Shown: positions 28,044-38,516, counted from the stretch's first letter. The stretch is DNA of 64,000 nucleotides from an uncultured delta proteobacterium (GCA_963705165.1 CAVPJD010000024.1:32001-96000); one strand, 5' to 3'. Program-made: numbers and translations. Notes: a model not told the origin generated them from the letters alone.

Positions 28044-28631
28044 TTATTTCTTCTCTTGCATCATCCGGTTGAGCATCTTGTAATGCTCGATTCGGTCCTC
28101 CTCGATGAATTCATCCCGCGTCATGCCGTCCCGGACCACAATCAACTTGCCGTCCTGCATCCGAAGCTCCCGGTATAACACGCTCACCGCCCAGCCGGGG
28201 GTGGCGCCTTTGTCATAGTTCGGATCGATGAAATCATTGATGATGATTTCGATGCCTCTCACTGCGCCTTCCTTTTCATAGTAATATTTCGTCAGGACCT
28301 CGATGTCCCTGTTGCCCGTGACCCTCTTCGAGATGACGTGCTCCTCGCCGCTTTCGGCCATGTAGCTGTCCTTGGTGGAGTATGTCAGCAGGGACAACCG
28401 GTTGATCACATCGATCACCTTCAGATTGCATTCGCTCAGCTGAAGATTTGCCTTCTTTGCGACTGATTCGCCTTCCCGGCCTGCAGCCAGGATGTTGTAG
28501 CACCGTGCCTTCTGCATTTCCGTTGTCAGGAACGGTTTCATGTCGCCGTTCACCGGTTTCATCAGCTGGACATTCGATGCACCGCAGCCGGCAATGAGGA
28601 TGGCCAGAAACAGAATAAGGATCGTTCGCAT
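28044..28631 (-). CDS. Hypothetical lipoprotein
   Basis: IAGC lipobox; GGAG RBS; terminator hairpin at about 27989-28022. Confidence 0.75.
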   Translation of the reverse strand: MRTILILFLAILIAGCGASNVQLMKPVNGDMKPFLTTEMQKARCYNILAAGREGESVAKKANLQLSECNLKVIDVINRLSLLTYSTKDSYMAESGEEHVISKRVTGNRDIEVLTKYYYEKEGAVRGIEIIINDFIDPNYDKGATPGWAVSVLYRELRMQDGKLIVVRDGMTRDEFIEEDRIEHYKMLNRMMQEKK

Positions 28632-28772
28632 TTCGCTCCTCCGGAAGGTTAAAAAATTGACAGGGCTGACCGTGTTTACGCTGGCGATCTCCGCCGTTTT
28701 GTCTCTGTCGCGCGGGGTTCAACCATAGCCTCGTTATGGTACGCAAATCGATGCATGGCGAAGGGGCTCCGC

Positions 28773-29741
28773 TCAGATCGTGCGGTACAGTACAATCCCG
28801 CCCCGCTCGTCTGCCCTCACCAGGCCTTTGTCCATCATCTCGACGATGTGGACGTAGGTCTCGTTGAGAGCGAGGAACTGGTCGAACTCCGGAAGCTCTG
28901 TGCCGAAGATGACGCCGGAGACCTCGAAGGCCGTCTTCTCTCTTCCCTGCAGGGCCGCGACGATCAGCTGAGTCCTCTCCGCATGATGCTCCCGGATCTC
29001 ATCGACGCGCTTCTGCAAATCGGGAAAGGGATCCCCATGGGCGGGGTAGACCATCCGGACGGGCAGGTCGCGGATGGCGCCCAGGGATTCGAGGAAGCTC
29101 TTGAGCGGCCGGTACTCGAGCCGGAAGATGTCGGGGCTGAGATTGGGTGTGATATCGGTCAGGATGTGGTCGCCGGCCAGCAGGATGCCCTCGTCGGGAA
29201 AATAGAAGCACATCTGCCCGGCCGTGTGGCCCGGGGCGGCGATGACCTCGAAGGTCCTGCTCCCCAGGGTGATTTTTTCGCGGGGCTCCAGGTGGCTGCT
29301 CACCCGGAAGGGAATTGTGGCTTTCCGGAAGACGGCCATCAGCTTGACCAGCGTGTCCATGGCCTTTTGCGGCAGGCCCTGCGGGAGAAAGAAGCTCCGT
29401 GCCCGCTCTACAAGTTCCTCGTGCCTGTTGTTGTGCTGCAGGCGCATCTCGTCGAGAGCCGAGAGGCGGACCGCGGCGCCGGAGATCTCCTGGATCCTGC
29501 CGGCAATCCCGCAGTGATCGGCGTGGAAGTGCGTGAGGAAGATGCGGTCGATGTCTTTCGTCGTCTTCCCCAGGGTCGCCAGCGCCTCGTCGAGCACCGT
29601 GTACGTCTCGGGAATGTTCATGCCCGTGTCGAAGAGGGCCACCCTTCCCTCGTTCAGCAGGGCATAAACGTGCACATGTCGAAGGCGGAAGGGCATGGGC
29701 AGGGTGATCCGGTAGAGGTCGGGCAGGATTGGGTCGATCAA
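28773..29741 (-). CDS. MBL-fold metallo-hydrolase
   Basis: THFHADHCG, PGHT.G, GDH and PAHG motifs. Confidence 0.92.
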   Translation of the reverse strand: MIDPILPDLYRITLPMPFRLRHVHVYALLNEGRVALFDTGMNIPETYTVLDEALATLGKTTKDIDRIFLTHFHADHCGIAGRIQEISGAAVRLSALDEMRLQHNNRHEELVERARSFFLPQGLPQKAMDTLVKLMAVFRKATIPFRVSSHLEPREKITLGSRTFEVIAAPGHTAGQMCFYFPDEGILLAGDHILTDITPNLSPDIFRLEYRPLKSFLESLGAIRDLPVRMVYPAHGDPFPDLQKRVDEIREHHAERTQLIVAALQGREKTAFEVSGVIFGTELPEFDQFLALNETYVHIVEMMDKGLVRADERGGIVLYRTI

Positions 29742-29766
29742 TTCAATGGCTCCCGGCTGAGACGTA

Positions 29767-30366
29767 TTAACGCGCCAGTTCGTACCCCAGTTTCCGCGCC
29801 TTGTCCAGAATCGCCTGCGGCAGCTCCTGCTTTTCGTGCAGGGCGGCCTTCCCGATGAAAAGCGTGCCCGTCGGTTTTGCGCCCAGGGTCTGTGCGGCGC
29901 GCTTCAGGCCGCCCAGCGACCGGGTGAAAATCCGCCCTAGGGCGGCGGGCATTGCGCTCGAGGTGACGAGGACGGCCTTGATTCCCCTGTCTTTCACCCT
30001 TGTGATGGGCCCCGGTTTCCCCCAGGGCCAGAAGGCATAGCACACGAGCCGCTCTATGAAGCGCTGCGTCACCGCCGTGACGCCGAAGAAATTAACGGGC
30101 GATGCGAGCACCAAGCCGTCGGCCGCCTCGATTTTTTTCAGGATGTCATCCATGTCGTCGGGTTGGACGCAGGCCCCTCTCTGCAGTCCTTCCAGCTGCG
30201 TGCATTTGCGGCAGTTCCGACAGAACTCGATGCGGGATTCGATGAGACGGATCTTCTCCGTCTCGGCCCCCTTCTCGGCTGCTGACTGCAGGATCGCATC
30301 GACGGCGCGTTCGATGGTGCCGTCGCGCCGATAACTGCCGGAGAGTGCAATGATCTTTTTGGCCAT
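29767..30366 (-). CDS. Flavodoxin-family / iron-sulfur flavoprotein
   Basis: SGSYR..GT, CRNCRKC..C..DDM and LASPVNF motifs. Confidence 0.9.
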   Translation of the reverse strand: MAKKIIALSGSYRRDGTIERAVDAILQSAAEKGAETEKIRLIESRIEFCRNCRKCTQLEGLQRGACVQPDDMDDILKKIEAADGLVLASPVNFFGVTAVTQRFIERLVCYAFWPWGKPGPITRVKDRGIKAVLVTSSAMPAALGRIFTRSLGGLKRAAQTLGAKPTGTLFIGKAALHEKQELPQAILDKARKLGYELAR

Positions 30367-30473
30367 CTTTTCCTGAACCGTCGTGCTTCCCAATCGCTAT
30401 AAAAAAATGCGTGACGCAGGTGTAGCACAACGGGATCGTTTAATAAACCGCCAACTGCATCACCCTCCGCACC

Positions 30474-31544
30474 TCAGGGCTGATACTCCTGCGGTGTTTC
30501 CTCCCCCCGGAGGATTCGCAGCGCCCCTTCGGCCATGGCTTCCATCTCGTCTTCACCCGGGAAAACGAAGACGGGCGCGATGAACGCCGTCCGCTGCCGG
30601 ACCCATCCGGTCAGTATCTCCGAATGGGCAAGCCCGCCCGTCAGGACGACGCCGTCGACGTCTCCCGCCAGGACGGCCGCCATGGCGCCGATGTCCTTGG
30701 CGATCTGGTAGGCCATGGCCCGGTAGATTACCTCGGCCTTCGCGTCGCTCTTCTTTACGGCCGCCTCCACGTCGACGGCATTGGTCGTCCCGAGGTAGGC
30801 TGCAAGGCCCCCCTGGCCGACGAGCTTTCTTGCGAGATCCTTCGGGCTCGTCCGGCCGGCCAGGTCGAGCAGGTCCTGCGTCGGCAGGGCCCCTGCCCGC
30901 TCCGGCGAGAAGGGCCCCTCGGTCAGGCCGTGCGTGCAGTCGATCACCTGCCCCTTGCAGTGGGCGCCGATGGTGATTCCGCCGCCGAGGTGGGCAACGA
31001 CGAAGTTGACGTCCTCGTAGCGCTTCTTCAACTGCCGGGCCGCCCGGCGCGCGGCGGCCTTCTGGTTGAGGGCGTGGAAGGCGCTTTTTCGCTCGATCTC
31101 GGGCAGGCCCGAGACGCGTGCCAGGGGCTGGAACTCGTCGGTGCTCGGCGGGTCGATCACGACGGTGGGCATTCCGTATAGCCGCGCCAAGCCGATCGCC
31201 ATGGACGGCCCCAGGGCCGAGGGGTGCTTGCCGTATTTACCCTGCATGAGATCGTCGCACATGGCCTGATCGATGGCATAGGCGCCTGCCGGCGCCGGCC
31301 GGCCCAACCCCCCGCGACTGATTACGAGATCGACCTTGCTCATGTCGATTGCGTTTTTCTCGATAAACTTCCGGAGGCCCTCCTCGCGAAGCGGCAGCTG
31401 CTCCCCGAGGCCCTCGTACCGGGAAAGGTCGGCAGCGTTATACGTGATCGATTCCTGTACAAGCCGCTCCGAGTCCCGGTAGAAGGCGACCTTGGTGGAC
31501 GTGGAGCCGACGTTGATGGCCAGGATGTGGTGTGTCTTTTTCAT
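30474..31544 (-). CDS. buk: Butyrate kinase
   Basis: INVGSTSTK, RGG, HALNQKA, HLGGGIT.GAH, GPFSPERAG and PGEDEM motifs. Confidence 0.95.
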   Translation of the reverse strand: MKKTHHILAINVGSTSTKVAFYRDSERLVQESITYNAADLSRYEGLGEQLPLREEGLRKFIEKNAIDMSKVDLVISRGGLGRPAPAGAYAIDQAMCDDLMQGKYGKHPSALGPSMAIGLARLYGMPTVVIDPPSTDEFQPLARVSGLPEIERKSAFHALNQKAAARRAARQLKKRYEDVNFVVAHLGGGITIGAHCKGQVIDCTHGLTEGPFSPERAGALPTQDLLDLAGRTSPKDLARKLVGQGGLAAYLGTTNAVDVEAAVKKSDAKAEVIYRAMAYQIAKDIGAMAAVLAGDVDGVVLTGGLAHSEILTGWVRQRTAFIAPVFVFPGEDEMEAMAEGALRILRGEETPQEYQP

Positions 31545-32452
31545 GACTGCAACCTCCCGCAGAGAAGGACGGCAAGATCGATTTCCGTTGCGCGATTCTC
31601 CGCGGGAACGAAGGGGAGATTCAGCACGACGGGGTGGCTTGTCCCCATGAGGGCGCAGGCCATGGGGGTCTTGCCGATGAAGACCGAGAGTTCGGCCATG
31701 AGGAAGCCCGCCTCGACATTGGGCACGAGGTAGATGTCGCCCTGCCCCGTGACGGAGCTGCGGACGCCCTTGCGGGTGGCGGCCCTGCGGCTCACGGCGC
31801 AGTCGATATCGAGGGGGCCCTCGAGGGTGACGTCGCCGAACTGCCCCCTCTCGGCCATCTTCGAGAGGATCGCCGCATCCAGTGTGGAGGGGATGGCGGG
31901 GTTGACCTGCTCGATGGCCGACAGCGCCGCGATCTTCGGGGAGTCAAATCCCAGCACGCGAGCCAGGCGGATGACATTTTCCGTGATGGTGACCTTTTCG
32001 ACAATCGAGGGGAAGCTGTTGATGTAGGTGTCCGTCGTCATGGTCACGCGCTCGACACTAGGCGGGTCGAAGACGGAGACGAGGCTTGCGACCCTTTCTT
32101 TCAGCAGGCCCTTCTCCTTGTCCAGGACCGCCTGGAGGAATCGATTCGGGTCCAGGGACCCCCGCATCAGGATGTCCGCCTCGCCCTTTTTCAGCATGTC
32201 TATCGCAAGGGCGAGCGCCCGCATGGCGTCGGGCTCTTCGATGATTTCGATTTCGGAGGCCTTCTTTCCAAGCCCTTTCACCCAGGACGACAAGGCGTCG
32301 CTCGAGCCTATAACGATGGGGGAGACCAGGTCTTCCGCCAGGGCGGCGGACAGGGCGCCGAAATCCATCGCGGCCGGGACGGGCGCAACGACGGCCCTCT
32401 TTTTGCCTTTTGCCTTTGCCTCTTTACGGATCTGATCGAAGCTCGTCATCAT
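31541..32452 (-). CDS. Phosphate acyltransferase (Ptb-like), paralog 1
   Basis: PKIAALSAIEQVNP.IPSTLDA, EGPLDID.A and LVPNVEAG motifs. Confidence 0.88.
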   Translation of the reverse strand: MMTSFDQIRKEAKAKGKKRAVVAPVPAAMDFGALSAALAEDLVSPIVIGSSDALSSWVKGLGKKASEIEIIEEPDAMRALALAIDMLKKGEADILMRGSLDPNRFLQAVLDKEKGLLKERVASLVSVFDPPSVERVTMTTDTYINSFPSIVEKVTITENVIRLARVLGFDSPKIAALSAIEQVNPAIPSTLDAAILSKMAERGQFGDVTLEGPLDIDCAVSRRAATRKGVRSSVTGQGDIYLVPNVEAGFLMAELSVFIGKTPMACALMGTSHPVVLNLPFVPAENRATEIDLAVLLCGRLQS

Positions 32453-33378
32453 GATGCCGTCCCTCCCTTGATCTGCTCGGCCACGGTGACCCCCGCGGCG
32501 ATCTCGCCGAGGATGGAGTCCTGGAAATCCGATCGCGAGGGGATGATGACGGGCCCCCGCGAGCTCATGACCAGGGAGCGCCTCCGGACGTTTTTGAGGG
32601 CAAAGTCGAGCTTCACGAGGATGTTGCCTGTCGCGAGATTGGGGACTAGCATGATGTGGGGGAAGTCCGCCTTTCCGATGTCGATGCCGGCGAGGCGAAA
32701 GGCCTTTTCCCCCGGGCAGAAGATGTCGAGAAAAGAGGTAGCCCCCATCACCTCGCAGGAATCGAGATCGCCCGCAGCGGCCGCTTTTTTCAGCTCGAGG
32801 TAGTCCTGGTAGGAAGGGATGTCGCCGCTGATCTCCCTCTTGCCCGAAAGGACGCAGATCTTCGGCCGCCGGTAGCCCAGCAGGTGAAAGAGAAAGACGG
32901 CGTTGCGCAGGATCTCGGCCTTGGCGCGGTAATCGGGCGCGATGTTCACGCCCGTGTCGGTGAAGCAGGTCAGGTGGTCGAGGCCTTCGATGTCCCACAT
33001 CGAGATGACGCTGACGACCTTCCCCTTGCCGGCCTTCGATTCTTCCCGGATGATGGCCCGGTAGATGTAGGCCGTCGGGATCTGACCCTTGCCGGCGATG
33101 TCGACCTCGCCGGAGAAAAGCATGGAGATGCCGAGATCGGCGATGGCCTGGCGGCTCTTCTCGTAGATCTTCTCCGTCTTGCTGATGTCGTAGTGCACCT
33201 GGTCGGCCAGCCGCTCCATCTTCTCCCGGTCGCCGATGAGGATGGGCTGTGTGTATCCCTCTTCGGCGCTTTTTTTGACGGCCATCATGAACTCCTCGTC
33301 CTCGGGAGCCAGCACCACGAGCCTCTTCGGCCCTTTTTCGGAGGCCAGCCTGTCCATGTCACGGAAGGAACGGATCAT
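32449..33378 (-). CDS. Phosphate acyltransferase (Ptb-like), paralog 2
   Basis: DTGVNIAP, LVPNLATGNILVK and PVIIPSRSD motifs. Confidence 0.85.
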   Translation of the reverse strand: MIRSFRDMDRLASEKGPKRLVVLAPEDEEFMMAVKKSAEEGYTQPILIGDREKMERLADQVHYDISKTEKIYEKSRQAIADLGISMLFSGEVDIAGKGQIPTAYIYRAIIREESKAGKGKVVSVISMWDIEGLDHLTCFTDTGVNIAPDYRAKAEILRNAVFLFHLLGYRRPKICVLSGKREISGDIPSYQDYLELKKAAAAGDLDSCEVMGATSFLDIFCPGEKAFRLAGIDIGKADFPHIMLVPNLATGNILVKLDFALKNVRRRSLVMSSRGPVIIPSRSDFQDSILGEIAAGVTVAEQIKGGTAS

Positions 33379-33426
33379 CTTGCACCTCTTCAGATTCTGC
33401 CACCCTGTAATGGCGAATGAAAAATA

Positions 33427-33759
33427 TCAGATGTCCCGCAAACGCTCACCCGCCATATAGGCGTCGATGATCGCTGCAAGCCAGATTAGAACAAGGAGGG
33501 CGAGTCCGGCGGTCGTGACGGTATCCAAACTGGCCGCAACTGCCTTCTGTAGGGCACTCATGTCGATTGCGAAACCTTGCGCCGCCGCGGCAGCGATCTC
33601 TCGATAAGCCTGCACGGTCATGTGAATGACAATGTAGACGAAGATCAGGAGCACCGAAAAGATAAGCGCCCAGCCCCGCCTGCGCTTACCCAGATAGAGT
33701 TGGCCCGTCCCGGGGAAAACCAGGCCGGAAAGCAGGGCGGCATTCAGCGATTTTTTCAT
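33427..33759 (-). CDS. Small membrane protein (LS.VFPG.GQ.Y type)
   Basis: AALLSGLVFPGTGQLYLG..W..AIIDAY. Confidence 0.75.
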   Translation of the reverse strand: MKKSLNAALLSGLVFPGTGQLYLGKRRRGWALIFSVLLIFVYIVIHMTVQAYREIAAAAAQGFAIDMSALQKAVAASLDTVTTAGLALLVLIWLAAIIDAYMAGERLRDI

Positions 33760-33800
33760 GATACACTCTACCCATTGAAGAGGGGCATGCGCGTGCAAAG

Positions 33801-33836
33801 AAAAAACCCCGCCTCTTTCCGGGAAGCGGGGTTTTG
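33801..33836 (-). terminator. Intrinsic terminator of bfr
   Basis: AAAAAACCCCGCCTC..GAAGCGGGGTTTT. Confidence 0.7.
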
Positions 33837-33863
33837 AACGTCGTCACTCCAAGGGTACCCGGA

Positions 33864-34331
33864 TCATCCCACCTGGGTGGAGAGGAAGATCTGCAGGCTC
33901 ATCTGCTGGATCTGATCCTGCAGTTCCTCGATCTGGTCGATGTGCCGATCTTCGTCCTTGAGGATCTTCTCGAGGATTTCGCGGGTGGCGTAGTCCTTGA
34001 CCTCTCCGGCGAGGATAATGGCCTCGTTGTAAGACTTGATGGCGCCCATCTCCATGCCGCGATCGCCGGCCAGCTGCTTGGGTACATCGGCTCCGATCAT
34101 CATCTTGTTGTACTTGCTCACCGTGGGGGACCCCTCGAGGAAGAGGATGCGTCCGATGAGCGTCTCGGCGTGCTTCATCTCGTCGATGGCGCGTTTCTCA
34201 AAGGCCTCATGCAGCTTCTTGTAGCCCCAGTTGTTGGCCATCTCGGAGTGGACCATGTACTGATTGATGGCCGTCAGCTCGTCGGCGAGAAGGTCATTCA
34301 GTGTCGCGATCAGCTTGGGATTTCCTTTCAT
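33864..34331 (-). CDS. bfr: Bacterioferritin
   Basis: ELTAINQY.VH, IDEMKHA, RILFLEG.P and DE..HID motifs. Confidence 0.96.
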   Translation of the reverse strand: MKGNPKLIATLNDLLADELTAINQYMVHSEMANNWGYKKLHEAFEKRAIDEMKHAETLIGRILFLEGSPTVSKYNKMMIGADVPKQLAGDRGMEMGAIKSYNEAIILAGEVKDYATREILEKILKDEDRHIDQIEELQDQIQQMSLQIFLSTQVG

Positions 34332-34504
34332 ATCTTTCCTCCTTCCTGAAAATGGTTTAAGTGATTATTTTTCCATTATAGACGAAAAAACGCAATCGGG
34401 GGGAAATTATTGGATGACCCGTTTGCCTTCCTTTTATGTCTCCACATGGCATGATGTTTGCTGAAGCACATGCTGATTACTACCCAAACGCGCGGACGAC
34501 TGCC

Positions 34505-34924
34505 ATGGACAATCTCAAAATTTTGATCGCGGAAGACAACAGTTTCAGCCGAAAATTCTATGACAATTACATTTCGGGCAAAGTCTTCGACAAGCGGTTT
34601 GCCGAAAACGGCAGAGATGCACTCGGGATCTATACGGAGTGGCGTCCCGATATCATCCTGCTCGATCTCATGATGCCCGTCATGAGCGGCCAGGAAGTCC
34701 TGCAGCAGATCCGCGAGGCCCGGAAAGATCTTGCGACCACCATCATCATCTCGTCCTTGTCCTCCCACAAGGATGATGTTTCGGTCTGTGCCCACTATGG
34801 GGTGCAGGGATACCTGGTAAAGCCGCTCAACCCCAAAGAGATCAGCAAGATCCTGCTTCAGCTCTACAAGAAGGCAAATCCCAGGAAGGCCGCCGACATC
34901 GTGGCCCTCATGCAATACCTGTAA
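34505..34924 (+). CDS. Single-domain response regulator
   Basis: ILIAED, LLDLMMPVMSG and YLVKP motifs. Confidence 0.9.
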   Translation: MDNLKILIAEDNSFSRKFYDNYISGKVFDKRFAENGRDALGIYTEWRPDIILLDLMMPVMSGQEVLQQIREARKDLATTIIISSLSSHKDDVSVCAHYGVQGYLVKPLNPKEISKILLQLYKKANPRKAADIVALMQYL

Positions 34925-34929
34925 CCCCC

Positions 34930-36072
34930 CTACACGTTGCCCAGGGTCGCCTCGATCTCTCCCCGTACAGCCCCGTCACTGCCCGCAAAAAAGCGCTCGA
35001 GAGCATCCTTTGCCTGCCTGCCCCCGATGCGGCCCAGCGCCCAGGCGAGCATACCCCTGACCCGCGCGTCGTCGTTCTCATCCCAGGCGCGAACCAGATC
35101 GGGCACATAGGATTCGTCGCGGCTGTTCCCCATGGCACGGGCAACGTTCATCTTCCATTTCCAGAGATTCTTCGGCGACATGTAGAACATGTGCGGCCAG
35201 ACCCGGCTTTGGAACCGGGCGGCGTCCATCTGCAGCAGGGCCCTGAGATCGAAGTCCTTCGCTTTCGCCTCCACGCGGGGATTCACCGGCCGTGCCCGGG
35301 AAAGCCAGGAAAGGTTGCGCGGGCAGACGTTCTGACAGCGGTCGCAGCCATAGACATACAGGCCCATGGGCTCGCGCAGCTCCCTCGGCGTGATCTCCTT
35401 ACCGAAATAAGTCATGAATGAAATGCACTTGCGCGGATCGATCGCCCCGTTTCCCTTGATCGCCTTCGTGGGACAGGCGGCAACGCAGACGTTGCGGCAC
35501 CAGTCGGGGCAGCCCAGGCCGCCGGAGGGAGAATCGGGGGCAAGTTCACGGTCCACCACCACGGTGAGGGGGAGCACCCAGGAGCTCATGAGCGCCGCGC
35601 GGTTAGCATAGAGCAAGGCGTTCTTGCCGAGGGTCCCCATGCCCGCCCGCATCGCAGCCGCTCGGTGTGGAAGATTGAAGGGCACCTTGGAGTCGATCCC
35701 GTTTTCGCGAAGGAAGCTGCGAAACGCCTTGATGCGAAGCGCCAGGCCGTCCTTCGTCACCCTGTCATCGTCGAGGTAACAGCGGCCGAAATGGCCCTCG
35801 AGCGCCGGCGGGAAGGCCTCCCGGAAATAGCTCTCCATGAGAACGATGATGGACTTCGCCGAGGGCATGACGGCCTTCGGGTCCGTGCCGGTCATCAGGC
35901 CGAGCCCCACCTTCTCCGTCCAGCCATATTCCTCCTGGTGATTCCGAAGGTATTCGAGCTGGGCGCCGAAGGGCTCCGCCGTCGTAAACCCCACGTCCTC
36001 GAAGCCGAGCTCCAGGGCTTTCTCGATGAGGTTGCTTCTCGTCAGCAATGACGTGTCCTTCCATTCGAACAT
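34930..36072 (-). CDS. queG: Epoxyqueuosine reductase (QueG-like, B12/Fe-S)
   Basis: C..WC...C..ACPT, KCIS and YGCDRCQNVCP motifs; C-terminal HEAT repeat. Confidence 0.8.
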   Translation of the reverse strand: MFEWKDTSLLTRSNLIEKALELGFEDVGFTTAEPFGAQLEYLRNHQEEYGWTEKVGLGLMTGTDPKAVMPSAKSIIVLMESYFREAFPPALEGHFGRCYLDDDRVTKDGLALRIKAFRSFLRENGIDSKVPFNLPHRAAAMRAGMGTLGKNALLYANRAALMSSWVLPLTVVVDRELAPDSPSGGLGCPDWCRNVCVAACPTKAIKGNGAIDPRKCISFMTYFGKEITPRELREPMGLYVYGCDRCQNVCPRNLSWLSRARPVNPRVEAKAKDFDLRALLQMDAARFQSRVWPHMFYMSPKNLWKWKMNVARAMGNSRDESYVPDLVRAWDENDDARVRGMLAWALGRIGGRQAKDALERFFAGSDGAVRGEIEATLGNV

Positions 36073-36112
36073 TGATGGTTGCTACGGACCGGAAGTGAAG
36101 ACGACCCGGCAC

Positions 36113-36550
36113 TCATCGCGCCAAGGCCATCATCGTCGTCTGCATGACCGCAACGAGCGTCTCCTTGCCGTTGTCGTACGCCCAGACCTCGCCCGAGCAG
36201 ACCGCGAGTGTCCGCCCCGCCTTGATCACCTTCCCGATCGCAACAAACCGCTCTCCCTTGGCCGGTGCCAGGAAATTGATCTTGTTTTCCACCCCGAGCA
36301 CCTCGGAGCCCGCCGGCATGAGGGTGTAGGCGGCATACCCGCAGGCGTTGTCGGCAATCGTGCTCAGGATTCCCGCGTGGATGAACCCGTGCTGTTGGGT
36401 GACGGCCTCGCTCCAGGGAAGCTCGATCCGGACCTCCCCGGGGTCAACCTTCAGCAGGCGCGCGGCGATGGTCTTCATGAGCCCCTGCTGGGCAAAACTG
36501 GACCGGATGCGGGATTCAAATTCGGGATCGGGCGGGCTCGCTTTCTTCAT
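36113..36550 (-). CDS. PaaI-family thioesterase
   Basis: QQHGFIHAG...D.ACG and KINFLAPA motifs. Confidence 0.9.
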   Translation of the reverse strand: MKKASPPDPEFESRIRSSFAQQGLMKTIAARLLKVDPGEVRIELPWSEAVTQQHGFIHAGILSTIADNACGYAAYTLMPAGSEVLGVENKINFLAPAKGERFVAIGKVIKAGRTLAVCSGEVWAYDNGKETLVAVMQTTMMALAR

Positions 36551-36583
36551 GCATGCATCTCCCTGCGCAATGGCGTGTCCCAC

Positions 36584-37210
36584 TTATCGGTTGAGCGACT
36601 TCATGTCGGGTTTCGGCGGACGGACAAACCCCCCAGAGTTGTGCGATACCAGTTCGAGAATCTGCGGGTTGGCCAGGGTGCATCCCGGGCAGTCATAATT
36701 TGCCGCCTTCACGATGCCAAAGCCGGGCTTGACCCAGGTGCGCATGTAGAGCTTCTGCTGCGGCCTCACCTGCTCCTCCCGGAACTTCAGGCAGCCTGTA
36801 TACTTCCCGGCAGGAACCGTCACCGTCTCGATCGCCTCGATTGTCGTCCGGACGGTCCGACCGTCACGCCTCTTCTGGTCCCAGGAGATCCCCGCGGGCC
36901 CCTCCATGAGCATCCGGGTCTCCACCCCGTCGCCATCGTATCGAAAGACCTCGTTGCCGACAGATCGGAGGAGGCTGACCTCTTCGTGAGGTCCCGAGGG
37001 ATTGAAGAGCACGAGGACATGGTAGCTCTTGCCGTTTGCAATCGAGCGCACGGGGCTGTTGACCGTGAATTCTCCCTTCGCGGCCTGATTGCTCACCGAG
37101 AAGGTGTAAACATCGCCAGGCTTCATGGGAAAGAAGGTGTCCGCGGCGGCAGGCGCGGACAGGACGGTCCATGCGAGGATGATGATGCATGCGGCCACGA
37201 GCTTCTTCAT
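36584..37210 (-). CDS. Hypothetical secreted protein
   Basis: Signal peptide; FFP, ETVTVPAG.Y and W..PGFGIVK motifs. Confidence 0.75.
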   Translation of the reverse strand: MKKLVAACIIILAWTVLSAPAAADTFFPMKPGDVYTFSVSNQAAKGEFTVNSPVRSIANGKSYHVLVLFNPSGPHEEVSLLRSVGNEVFRYDGDGVETRMLMEGPAGISWDQKRRDGRTVRTTIEAIETVTVPAGKYTGCLKFREEQVRPQQKLYMRTWVKPGFGIVKAANYDCPGCTLANPQILELVSHNSGGFVRPPKPDMKSLNR

Positions 37211-37259
37211 AGGTCCCTCCTGTGCAATCACACGGCTCTCGTCAAGCTGTTGAATTCCA

Positions 37260-38516
37260 TCACTGACCCCATCGGATGCTGTCGAACATCTTGTCCGTGC
37301 GGAGCTTCTGGCTCCTCAGCAGCTCCTTCCAGCGCAGATCGATGATGGCCCGGAAGGGCGATGATTCATGAAAGTTCGCCCCGGCAAGATTGGCGCCCCT
37401 GAAGTTGGTGCCCCGGATTTCCGACTCCATGAGATTCGCACCCTCGAGATTGGCTTCCACCAGGATGGCGTTGTGGACCTCCGCCCGGGTGAGATTGGCG
37501 GCTCGCAGATCCGCCCTGCCGAGCTGCGCATTCTGCAGATGCGCCGCTGTGAGGTCGGCGCCCCGGAACTGCCCATCGCTGAAATCGGCTTCCTGGCAGT
37601 ACGCATTGGCGAGTCCCGCGTTGTTGAATACTGCCCGGGGGCCTTTTGCCTTTTTCATGTTCGCGCCTTCCAGCCTCGCGCCGGTGAAGTCCGCTCGGGT
37701 CATGTCGGCACCCTCCAGGTTTGCATACTCGAGCTGAGCCTGCCTGAGCGTCGCCTCGCTGAGGTTGGCCCCGGCGAAGTCCGCCCGACGCCCGTATCGG
37801 TCGCCTTTGAGGTTTGCAGAATCGAGTCTGGCGTAACGCAGATTTGCCGAGGTGAATCTCACAGACAGGGCCTCGACATTCCTGAGGATGGCCCGTTCCA
37901 GGTTGGCGCCGGTCAGGTTCGACTCGTTGAGGTACGATCCTTCGAGATCGGTCCTCGAGAGATCCGCGCCCTTGAGATTCGCGCTTGACACGCGGGCACC
38001 GCGGAGATTGGCCCCGTCGAGCCTGGCGCCCTCGAGATTGGAACTGGACAGGGATGCGCCGGCCAGGTTCGCCCGCGAGAGTGTCGCGCCCTGCAGATTT
38101 GCACCGTCAAACCTCGCGCCGCCGAGATCTGCGCCGGAGAGGTTCGCCCCTTTCAGATCGGCCCCGGCCAGGAAGACCTTCTTCAGGTCGGCCCCGCAGA
38201 GCCGGGCCCCGGCCAGATTTTTGTCCTGCTTTTTCGCGCGCCCGTAGGCCGCCTCGTCGAAGCAGTCGACTTTGCGGACTCCCTGCCCTGGAGCCGCCGG
38301 CCTGACCTGAGAATCCTGACCGGTCTTTGCCTTGGGGACAGCGACCGTCGAGGCCGGCTTGTCGATTTTAGGGCCGAGGGGCTGAGTGCCTTGAGCCGCC
38401 GACAACCCCGGGCCCGTGAAGAACGAAAGCACAAGAAACGCGACAAAAGCGTGCAAAGGAGTCACTCTGAGATACCTCCTTGAATAGGGTTGTGCCTTTA
38501 TAGCACCTTGCGTCAA
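37260..38516 (-). CDS. Pentapeptide-repeat protein, probably exported (start uncertain)
   Basis: Long A(D/N)LxG repeats after a hydrophobic N-terminus. Confidence 0.9.
   Translation of the reverse strand: MTQGAIKAQPYSRRYLRVTPLHAFVAFLVLSFFTGPGLSAAQGTQPLGPKIDKPASTVAVPKAKTGQDSQVRPAAPGQGVRKVDCFDEAAYGRAKKQDKNLAGARLCGADLKKVFLAGADLKGANLSGADLGGARFDGANLQGATLSRANLAGASLSSSNLEGARLDGANLRGARVSSANLKGADLSRTDLEGSYLNESNLTGANLERAILRNVEALSVRFTSANLRYARLDSANLKGDRYGRRADFAGANLSEATLRQAQLEYANLEGADMTRADFTGARLEGANMKKAKGPRAVFNNAGLANAYCQEADFSDGQFRGADLTAAHLQNAQLGRADLRAANLTRAEVHNAILVEANLEGANLMESEIRGTNFRGANLAGANFHESSPFRAIIDLRWKELLRSQKLRTDKMFDSIRWGQ

Noticed and set aside
37260..38250. Periodic DNA pattern as a possible repeat array or CRISPR
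   Set aside because: Explained by pentapeptide-repeat coding; no identical repeats with unique spacers
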